DNA of 8,928 bases from Paraspadella gotoi (GCA_051294375.1 JBJCIZ010001087.1:1-8928); one strand, 5' to 3'. Numbered from the stretch's first letter, positions 1 through 8,588 are shown. Program-made: numbers and translations. Notes: generated by a model from the sequence alone, not told the origin.

Positions 1-20
1 CTGTTTCCAAACAACCCAAA

Positions 21-254
21 TCAAAAGCTCGTGAAGTCCAGCGCACGGTCCGTCAGGCCAGCCTCGATTCTCGTGCACGCACCACTGCCATGCCATGCCA
101 CATTGCCACATGCCAAGACTCTTCCTTCTCTTTCCCCTTTCCGAATTGTCTTCTCCAACATATTGGTCCAAGCCGCCTTATAATCTTTTTCTCCAAAATA
201 ATACTTTCGAGCTATGTTCAACTTCGCCTTATACAATCTCTTTTTCTCATCCCA
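21..254 (-). CDS. Possible coding fragment with weak TPR-like helical pattern
   Basis: Non-repetitive C-terminal part of ORF 21..557: WDEKKRLYKAKLNIARKYYFGEKDYKAAWTNMLEKTIRK...AGLTDRALDF, ending at TGA (21-23). LNIA..YY..EKDY.AA...LEK resembles a TPR consensus by eye only. The RERE segments upstream are translated (GA)n microsatellite. Confidence 0.25.
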   Translation of the reverse strand, partial: WDEKKRLYKAKLNIARKYYFGEKDYKAAWTNMLEKTIRKGEREGRVLACGNVAWHGSGACTRIEAGLTDRALDFTSF

Positions 255-256
255 TT

Positions 257-297
257 TCTCTCTCTCTCTCTTCTCTCCTTCTCTCTCTCTCTCCTCT

Positions 298-337
<40 letters not shown>

Positions 338-362
338 CATCTCTCCTCTCTTCTCTCTCTCT
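257..362. repeat. (CT)n microsatellite, imperfect
   Basis: About 105 nt of CT dinucleotides with scattered single C/T interruptions. Confidence 0.95.
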
Positions 363-473
363 TTTCACTCGACATCCTTCATCTGACAGGCACGCTCTTA
401 CCTTATCAACCTCTAGGTTTTCTTTTAAAAAGCGTCGGAACATTTTCCGATTCTTGGACGGGTAGGTGACAGG

Positions 474-513
474 CTCTCTCTCTCTCTCCTCTCTCTCTCC
501 TCTCCTCTTCTCT

Positions 514-555
<42 letters not shown>

Positions 556-562
556 ATCTCTT
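474..562. repeat. (CT)n microsatellite, imperfect
   Basis: About 90 nt CT run seen directly in the sequence. Confidence 0.95.
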
Positions 563-1076
563 CTTTCCGTTATGGTTTCTCCTGCCCCATTTACTTAACG
601 TTTATCTATCCTCTGACGCGAGGAAAAAAGCATTTCATTCTGATTTTTCCGTCATTTTTAAAAGCTTTTCTCACGTCGACTTTTGAAAAAAAGCTATTCG
701 TTCTCAATAAATCCACTAGCTGCAGCATAAACGTCCGGGCGTCTTACGCTAAGACCTTGCTCGAAATTATTTTCATCTGTCGTCCTTTTAAGCCAGTACC
801 AGTAGATATCTCAACCCAAGACTGCCTGCAATGATTTTAAAATTAAGATTACGAAGTTTAACCAACCATTAGAGATTATACATTAAACGCTCAAAGAATA
901 ATACAACGAAACAGCTTCTATAGATGTTTGTAAAATATTAACATATCTCACTCTCAGAAATTTTTTCTTCTTGGCAACCATGACACACCAATGTTTTACG
1001 AACTTAGCTGACTTTCTTTCAAAGAAATATTTACGGAAATTGATCCACTTATTTTTTTATTTTCATTTTTAAACGT

Positions 1077-1077
<1 letters not shown>

Positions 1078-1123
<46 letters not shown>

Positions 1124-1165
1124 CTCCTCTCTCCCTCTCTCTCTCTCTCTCACTCACTTTCTCTC
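1078..1165. repeat. (CT)n microsatellite, imperfect
   Basis: About 88 nt CT run ending in CTCACTCACTTTCTCTC. Confidence 0.95.
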
Positions 1166-1610
1166 AAGTAGGCGATTCACGATTTTTTCGTTTAGAGGAT
1201 AAAAATGACGATAAGTTAAAAGCGTCACATGTCAGCCATTCGTCGTGCGAAAAAAAAGAAACGAAGAATGACGGAATTAAAATGGGCAAAACCGCATAGC
1301 AAAAAATAAAATCAAGGAAAATAAAGAAAAGAAAAAACACAAAGTAAAGTAAACCCCAACCGGTAACGAAGAAGCCGAAAGCAAAGAAAGCAAAGAAAAG
1401 GAAAACGAAAGAAAAAGAAAGGCCCTTGAAAAGCACGTATGACCAGAAAGGAGTCCCCTCTTCCGAAAGCACCGGAAGCTAAAAAGGTCCCGAAGGAGGA
1501 GTTGACGAAAAAACGCCGAAATCTGGACGGGAAAAAAAAAGGTTGTTCAGAATCCGAGGTAAAAAAAGAGGCGGTCAACGTTTTTAAGCAAAAGAAAGGC
1601 ATCAATTAAG
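1165..1610 (+). CDS. Probable frameshift-broken Lys/Glu-rich low-complexity coding segment
   Basis: Strong A/G bias on +. Protein-like pieces appear in alternating frames: EDKNDDKLKASH...EKKETKNDGIK, EEAESKESKEKENERKRKALEKH and APEAKKVPKEELTKKRRNLDGKKK...EVKKEAVNVFKQKKG. A donor-like AAG/GTAATC-type junction (AA|GTAATC, 1610) is followed by AT-rich sequence. No intact ORF in the standard code. Confidence 0.3.
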
Positions 1611-1716
1611 TAATCATTGTAATAGTATGATTTCATAATATTTTGATCGACCTTACACGACAACCGCACAAAGTGTAAAACTAAAAAAATTCTTGAACAC
1701 AGGAAAAAAGTTTAGC

Positions 1717-1833
1717 GAAATGCCGTAAAGGATTCTTAAATTGCCGCAAAGGATATTAAACGACGCAAAAGGACCTGAAATATTCGCAAAGGATACGAAA
1801 TGACGTAAAGGATTTGGGAAAATGGCCGCAAGA
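1717..1833 (+). repeat. Degenerate ~20-bp minisatellite, about 6 copies, consensus approx. GAAATG(A/C)CG(C/T)AAAGGAT(A/T)NN
   Basis: The AAAGGA core recurs at 1727, 1748, 1768, 1788 and 1807, each preceded by CG(C/T) and AAA(T/C). A sixth partial copy lies at ~1818-1833. Confidence 0.8.
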
Positions 1834-2422
1834 AAGAGGCGAGCCGTCAAATCCTCCACCCTTGAATCGCCCTCCTCTCCTCCGGATTGGACCGCCTGAC
1901 CCGAAAGTCATTCGCCCACGATTGAATGCGAGCCGGAGAAGAGACGAGAGCCGGCGGATTTCATGCGGCGTCTTTCCCCGGGGTACCGATATCTTTGGTG
2001 CCCTCCTTTTCTCTGACCTCCCAGTGCTCCTTCGCGAAGCTATGAGCTCTTCATCCAGGCGCCATATCGTTGCGAGACACAGAATACCAATCTACCTAAG
2101 GAATTTCTATCTCTCAGCCGTTTTATTCTTAAATTCGTCAATTAATGAAGAGTCTCCAAACAAATCTTAATTTAATCAAATCCTTATCTTCTTCTTTCGC
2201 GCGCCTATTTTCCATCTTTCCTTTTTCAACCTCGAAAAACTCCCAAACCCCCGACCAAAAGAAGGGACCCCCGCCGCCACCCACCATGACAAACCCCCAC
2301 CCGTCCTACCGACCGGATCTGGCCGTGATAAGGGTAATGTGAAAGTCGACGCACCAAGTCGTTACAGAGGAAGCCGAAAAGCAGCGCAGGAAAACCCACT
2401 TCTGCCGTTCGACGAGCCAGAA

Positions 2423-2514
2423 GAGGAGAGAGCAAGAAGACAGAGACGAGAGATGACAGAGCAGCAGAGAGAGAGAGAGAGAGACGAATGGGAGGAGACG
2501 AGACAGCAGAGAGA
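2423..2514. repeat. Degenerate (AG)n microsatellite
   Basis: AG-rich tract with a clean (AG)n core at ~2466-2484 and interrupted flanks. Its polarity is opposite to the CT tracts. Confidence 0.8.
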
Positions 2515-3146
2515 TTCTAAAGGCTAGAAATATTGGGATGATAGAAATTCAAAAGCGAACAGAGAGAAGCTGTCGCGAAAGCATTCGACTCAATTGGAAA
2601 AAAAGCGTGCGGGGGACAGGCCGGCAAGCCGAAATATGCAAACTGAGCTTTTAAGCTTGATTTGTCCGCCGGCGGAAAGCATAGTAGGGGCGTGGCCCAT
2701 TCCAAGCCGAAAAAAGGAAGACGGAGAAAAAAATTAAGCCGATGCAGACGACAAAAAAATTTGCATATTTTTAATCTTCATAATGCATGTCATCGTTATG
2801 GAAATGATCATATGACGTTATTGCGAGACAGAAAATTCAGTCCCCTTTTTTTAAGATATTTTTTTTTCCTCGTTTAAATGAATTTAACTTGGCGTTTTAA
2901 AAATCTTCAGCGAACCGTAGAATGAGTTCGCATCCTTCTTGCGCTCACCAAGCACCTGCCAAACTGTTCTGCGCCCACGGCACCCCGCACGCCCACGTTG
3001 CACCGCTTATCCAGCTCCCGCATCGCCCGCCGCGTTTTCTATCGCGTTTCTGCCGCATCAATGAATGAAGCCTTCTGTCAGGTTTTTTTTAATCGCATTA
3101 TTCCGTTTTAATTTAAAAGACAAAAAAAAAAACAACAAAACACAGA

Positions 3147-3160
3147 CTCTATCTCTCTCT

Positions 3161-3225
<65 letters not shown>

Positions 3226-3229
3226 TCTC
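3147..3229. repeat. (CT)n microsatellite with perfect (CT)25 core
   Basis: Uninterrupted CT run at 3171-3220 with imperfect flanks. Confidence 0.97.
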
Positions 3230-3619
3230 GCCAACGCGTCTCCACTATCTCCCCCTATCGGTTCTCATTAATCCACGATCCTCTCCACACTAGACCGACA
3301 GACCGTGACCTGCGAAAAAGCCACACCGTTTCCCGCAGCTTTATCGCCTTCGCCGTCATGGTTGCCGATTGATAACGTTGACGTTAATTTTTAATCAAAA
3401 AACTAAATTTTTCTGACCCACAATTTTCGAAATACGTTTTTAACCCTGTCGCAATGAACGAATGGAAGTGAATCTGGATTGCTGCAAGAAGATTTTGAAG
3501 AAAAGAGAAATGTGATTATTCACAATAAGTCGATTTAAAAAAAAAACAAAGGATTTCGGATGGCTGAGCAAAAAAACAGCGAATTCGAACGTCGATAACT
3601 TTGATTTTTGTCGTTTAAG

Positions 3620-4435
3620 TCTCGACCAAAAGACTCGCTTCACCCTCATTCGCACCTCCCATTTGGAAAACCAAGGCTCCCGTAGCTGTCGTAGTTGCCT
3701 CTCGTTCCGTCGCCGTCGTCGTCGTCGTCGTTCGTCCCGAACAAATCTTAACCCTCGCCCTCCGAATCCGTCTCCCCCAAACAACCTCATGCGCTGCCAC
3801 GAAGCGCCCACCTCAACTACATTCCCTCTTCCTGCGCTTTTTCAACATCCATTTCGGCCCACACCTTCGCTTCCCGATATTCCGCCTTAAACCCAGTTAT
3901 CGACGTCGTGCGGTCGTCTTCGTCGTGTTCGTCGTCGTCTTCGTCGTCTCCCGCCCTCCCCTTCGCTTTGAAACGGAATCATTAAATAATTCAAATTTCC
4001 GGCGAGCAATAATGAATCCGATCAACTTTCCCCGGCGCTTCCACCGTCTCCAGGACTCTCTTCTCCATCTGTTTCCTCATAGCTCCATCTGAAAACTCGA
4101 TCTCGAGTGAAACATCTTCCCCGGTTTCCATTAAAATCCCCCCCCATTTCCATTTACCGTAAACCACTCACCGCCACCCTCATTTCCAGCCTCAATCTCC
4201 ACCACACCCCCCTCTTCTTACTATCCGCAGTTAATTTCCGTCTTCCCTTTTCCCTCGTAAACCGCTCGACCGCGCAGAGAATTATCCCGCCGGAGAATTA
4301 CATCCCGATTACGGTGAATTCTTTCCAGTTACATACGATCGGGGAGCGCTCCGCGATAATTTTTGGCGGGAATTAACGCAAGAGATTCTCGTTCGGACGA
4401 CGTTGGAATCACCGATTTTCTTTTCATCCTTTTAA
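3620..4435 (+). CDS. Possible frameshift-broken Ser/Pro-rich coding segments (one or two exons)
   Basis: C-rich + strand gives S/P-rich pieces in shifting frames: PLVPSPSSSSSFVP, NPRPPNPSPPNN, SNNESDQLSPALPPSPGLSSPSVSS and APSENSISSETSSPVSIKIP. A stop-free frame at 4235-4432 reads ...AENYPAGELHPDYGEFFPVTYDRGALRDNFWRELTQEILVRTTLES..., ending at TAA 4433-4435. An AT-rich interruption lies at ~3975-4000. Strand is not certain. Confidence 0.3.
3708..3731. repeat. Short (TCG/CGT)n trinucleotide run
   Basis: CGTCGCCGTCGTCGTCGTCGTCGT. Confidence 0.85.
3913..3948. repeat. Short degenerate (TCG/TCT)n trinucleotide run
   Basis: GTCGTCTTCGTCGTGTTCGTCGTCGTCTTCGTCGTC. It reads poly-Ser on + or DDEDDDEHDEDD on -. 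Confidence 0.8.
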
Positions 4436-4589
4436 AAAGTTGCTTCCGAAAGTCGTGGCGATTGTGTTTTATTAATATTATCATGCGTTTTTTAATAACC
4501 TAGTTTAGTATTCGATTAAAAAGTACTCACTTTTTTCCAGTTTCCACGTAAAGGCCGTATCGTTCCCCATTCAGATTTATATCTCGCGC

Positions 4590-4619
4590 TTGTTTTCCTT
4601 CGTTCTTTCTCCCTCGCAG
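4590..4619 (+). promoter_or_regulatory. Candidate spliceosomal 3' splice site (polypyrimidine tract + CAG|G)
   Basis: TTGTTTTCCTTCGTTCTTTCTCCCTCGCAG|G matches the eukaryotic acceptor consensus. No transcript evidence. Confidence 0.35.
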
Positions 4620-4838
4620 GCGATCACCTGACAATTTAGAACAAAGACGGCCATATAAAACACGAACGATAACAATTTTTTTTTGGTTAGATTCGACTTT
4701 CATTGTTTCTCTGTTTCCCGTCGGGGGGATGAAGGGCCAAACGACCAATCGCCGAGTATATTGCGCCCGTAAACTGAGAGATTTTGAAGGAAAATAAACG
4801 CCCTCTCGCCCACTAATTAGGAAGAATTAATTAGAAAG

Positions 4839-4852
4839 CTAATTAATTTCAG
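4839..4852 (+). promoter_or_regulatory. Candidate branch-point motif (CTAAT) and 3' splice site (TTTCAG) upstream of the 18-bp array
   Basis: CTAAT at 4839-4843 and TTTCAG at 4847-4852, ending an AT-rich stretch 28 nt before ATG 4881. Confidence 0.3.
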
Positions 4853-4880
4853 CGGAAAAAAAAAAAAGTTTGAAGGAACA

Positions 4881-7800
4881 ATGGCGCCCCGTTCGGAAAA
4901 CGACGATCTGACGACGACGCGACGATGACGACGACGTTGACGATGACGACGACGACGCACGCATGACGACGACGTTTGCACGATGACGACGCGACGTTGA
5001 CGATGGACGACGACCCCGTTGACGATGACGACGACGTTGACGACGACTGTCTGACGCCCATGACGACGACGTTGCAACGATGCACGACGAGTATTGACGA
5101 TGGACGACCGACGTTTCACGATGACGCATGACGACGACGCTTGACGACGACGTGACGATGACGACGACGTTGCGATGACGACGCACGATCTGACCGATGA
5201 CGACGGACTTTGAGATGACCGACGACCGGTTGACGATGACGACGACCGTTGACGCATGACCGACGCACTGACGATGACGACGACGTGACGATTGCACGAC
5301 GACGCGTTGACGATGACGACGACCGGACGATGACGACGCGTTGACGATGCACGACGACGTTGACGATGACGATGACGACGACGTTGACGATGACGACGAC
5401 GTTTGACCGATGACGACGACGTTGGACGATGACGCGACGACGTTGACGATGCACGACGACGTTGACGATGACGACGACGTATGACGATGACGACGACCGT
5501 GACGATGACGACGACGGTTGACGATTGACGCATGACGACGATGCGTTGCAGATGACGACGGACGTTGACGATGACCGATGACGCACGACGTTGGACGATG
5601 ACGACGACGTGACGATGACGACGACGCTTGACGATGACGACGCACGTTTGACGATGACGACCACGTTGACGATGACGACGACGTTGACGATGACGACGAA
5701 CGTTGACGATGACCGACGACCGTTGACGATGACGACGACCGTTGACGATACGACGCACGTTGACGCATGACGCACGACGTTGACTATGAACGACGCGTTG
5801 ACGATGACGACGACGTTGACTGATGCACGACGAACGTGTTGACGCATGACGACGACGTTTGACGGATGACGACGACGTTGCACCGATGACGACGACCCGA
5901 TTGACAGATTACGATTGACGACGCAACGTTGACGACGACGTTGACGATGACACGACGTTGACCGTATGACGACGACTTTACGATGACGGACGTCGTTGAC
6001 GATGCACGACGACGGTTGACGATGACGACGACGTTGACGATTGACGACGACGTGACGATGGACGACGGACGTTGACCGATGACGACGACGTTGACGCATG
6101 ACGACGACGTTGACGATGACGACGACGTTGACGATTGACGACCGCACCGTTGACGCATGACGACGACGTTTGACGGTGACGACGACGTTGACGATGCACG
6201 ACGACGTTGAACGATGCACGACGCACGTGGACGAATTGACGACGACGTTTGACGATGACGACGACTCGTTGACGATGACGACGACGTTGACGATGACGAT
6301 GGACGACGACGTGACGATGACGACGACGTTGTCACGATGACGACGACGTTGACGATGACGACGACGTTGACGAATGACGACGACGTTGACGGATGACGAA
6401 CGACGTTGACGATGACGACGACCGTTGACGATGACGACGACGTTGACGCATGACGACGACGTTGACTTGACGATGACGAACGCACCGTTGACCGCATGAC
6501 GACGACGTTGACGATGACGACGGACGAGACGATGGACGACGCACGTTGACTCGATGACCGCACGACGTTGCACGGATGACGACGACGTTGACGCATGACG
6601 AACTTACGTGACGATGACGACGCGTGACGATGACCGACGCACGCGTTTGCACATGACGACGACCGTTGCGACGATGACGACGACGTTGACGATGACGACG
6701 ACCGTTTGACGATGACGACGACGTGACGCATGACGACGCACCGTTGACGATGACGCGACGTTGTACGATGGACGACGACCGTTGCGCAGCGATGACGACG
6801 ACGTTTGACGATGACGACGACGTGACGCATGACGACTGACGTTGACGATGGCACGAACGAACGTTGACCGATGACGACGACGTTGCACGATGACGTGACG
6901 ACGACTGTATGACGACGAACGTTGACGATGACGACGACGTTGACGATGACGACCGAACTTTTGACGATTACGACGCGACTGTGACATGACGACGACGTTG
7001 CACGATGACGACGGACGGTTGACGTGACGACGACGTTCGACGATGACGGACGACGTTGACGCATGACGACGACGTTGGACGATGACGATTGACGGACGAC
7101 AGTTGACAACGACCGTTGCACGATGACGACGACCGTTGACCATGACGACGACCGTGACGATGACCGATGACGTTGACGATGACGACGACGTTGACGATGA
7201 CGACGACGTTTTTGCACGATGGACGACGACCGTTGACTGATGACGACGACGTTGACGATGACGACGACCGTGACGATGACGACGACGTTGACGATGACGA
7301 CGACTAGTTGACGTGACGAAACGACGTTGACGGATGACGACGACGTGACCGATGACGATGACGACGACGGTTGACATTGACGACGACGTTTGACGCATGA
7401 CCGAAAAACGACGAAGACGATGACGACGACGTTGGACGCATGACGCACGACGTTGACGCATGACGACGACGTTGACGGATGACGGACGACGTTGACGATG
7501 ACGACGACGTATGACGATACGACGACGTTTGACGATGACGACGACGTTGCACGATGACGACGACGCTTGACGATACGACGACGTTGGACGAGATGACGAC
7601 GACGATTGACGATGGACGACGACCGTTGACGATTGACGCACGACGTTGACGATGACGACGGCACGTTGACGATGACGACGACGTTCGACGCATGACGACG
7701 ACGTTGACGCATGACGACGCACGTTGACGCATTGACCGACGACCGTTGACGATGGACGACACGATTTGCACGATGACGACCGACGTTGACGATGAGCACG

Positions 7801-7892
7801 CACCGTTGACGATCGACGACGACGAAACGCATGACGAAAAGGGGAAAACCGACGACGGGGCACCACGATAAGACCAAGACGTTGGACTACCA

Positions 7893-7927
<35 letters not shown>

Positions 7928-7973
7928 CGAAAAAGACGATGATCCAATTTGGTTGGAGCGTCTTTTTTTTTAG
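4881..7973 (+). CDS. Putative extremely Asp-rich repeat protein, (DDDDDV)n, disrupted by probable sequencing indels
   Basis: ATG at 4881 in ACA-ATG-G context reads MAPRSENDD into the array. The consensus unit GAC GAT GAC GAC GAC GTT encodes DDDDDV. The 3' non-repetitive flank stays acidic in one frame: DEKGKTDDGAPR*(TAA 7869)DQDVGLP-D11-GEKDDDPIWLERLFF-TAG (7971-7973). AT-rich sequence with AATAAA motifs follows (8226, 8233, 8250). No continuous ORF exists as the sequence stands. Confidence 0.4.
4902..7835 (+). repeat. Tandem array of an 18-bp unit GACGATGACGACGACGTT (~2.9 kb; roughly 150 units estimated from length)
   Basis: The unit is visible throughout, e.g. consecutive intact copies at 6339-6368 and 6925-6950. 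Most variants are 1-nt insertions or deletions. Confidence 0.98.
7893..7925 (+). repeat. Perfect (GAC)11
   Basis: 33 nt uninterrupted GAC run, in frame with the following GGC GAA AAA GAC GAT GAT (poly-Asp reading). Confidence 0.97.
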
Positions 7974-8280
7974 AATTCCACCGAAAAATGCATTTTCATG
8001 AGGAAACAAACTGGGTTTTTTTTTTTATTTCTTTTTTTTTTATTTTGCGTTGTTGGAGGTTTTAGAGGAATGGGTTTTTCCGTGGATGATAAGGAAAGGA
8101 ATATTGGGAAAAGGAAATTTGAAAAAAAAAAGAAATATCGAAAAAAATTACATCGAAAAAAATGAATATTATCAAATCTATTTTTATATAAAAAAAGGTA
8201 GCTAGTAGAACTGAGTACTAGAAAGAATAAAAAATAAATTGTATAATTGAATAAATGGACAAACAAATAAATAAATAATT

Positions 8281-8372
8281 GAATGAATGAATGAATGAAT
8301 GAATGAATGAATGAATGAATGAATGAATGAATGAATGAATGAATGAATGAATGAATGAATGAATGAATGAAT
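8281..8372. repeat. Perfect (GAAT)23 tetranucleotide microsatellite within a compound AT-rich repeat region
   Basis: 92 nt of perfect GAAT. It is flanked upstream by (AAAT)n-like sequence (~8261-8280) and downstream by a degenerate (GAATTAAT)n run (8392-8433). Confidence 0.98.
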
Positions 8373-8588
8373 TGAATTTAGAGTCACCGCAGAATTAATG
8401 AATTAATGAATTATGAATTAATGAATGAATGAAAAGATATAATAATGAATTAATAAAAAAATGAATAAATAAATTAGTTGAATTGTAGCGTAAACTCATG
8501 ACGAGCCATGAATCATTTCAGATTCCATAGTCGAAGGACCATGCCAATATCCGAGTTAAAATAACAGAAATAAAATAACAACGTAGCG

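Noticed and set aside
86-115. Five TGCCA copies as a regulatory or structural repeat
   Set aside because: Very short and irregularly spaced, within a possible coding stretch, with no supporting context.
90-834. + strand ORFs with LSLSLS runs (90..386, 95..469, 214..465, 466..834) and the RERE part of 21..557
   Set aside because: They owe their length largely to stop-free (CT/GA)n microsatellites. The same applies to 3065..3271 and 2339..2527.
1164-1605. Phe-rich minus-strand ORFs (1164..1472, 1312..1605) as membrane proteins
   Set aside because: They are antisense shadows of the A-rich, Lys/Glu-like + strand. ORF 7970..8266 is likewise an A/T-run artefact.
2911-3081. GC-rich block bounded by CTTCAG and CAG|GTTTTT as an exon
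   Set aside because: All three + frames contain a stop and no recognisable peptide emerges. It is possible but unsupported.
4000-4215. Cadherin-like motif on the minus strand (EIEAGNEGGGEWFTVNGNGG...LEIEFSDG)
   Set aside because: It needs a frameshift, is preceded by in-frame TAG TAA, lacks the LDRE and DxNDN motifs, and is explained as the antisense of a Ser/Pro-rich + reading.
4902-7835. CRISPR array
   Set aside because: The units are head-to-tail with no unique spacers, are low-complexity, and no cas-like sequence is present.
4817-7947. Minus-strand ORFs of 78-697 aa over the array as real proteins (e.g. protamine-like RQRRRH or Val-rich membrane proteins)
   Set aside because: All three antisense frames of the unit lack stops, and each ORF switches among the three peptide patterns at indels, so ORF length carries no information.
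8202-8387. HSFI-repeat ORF, or (GAAT)n as a telomeric repeat
   Set aside because: The ORF is the translation of (ATTC)n. GAAT is a common tetranucleotide microsatellite, internal here and not G-rich telomere-like.
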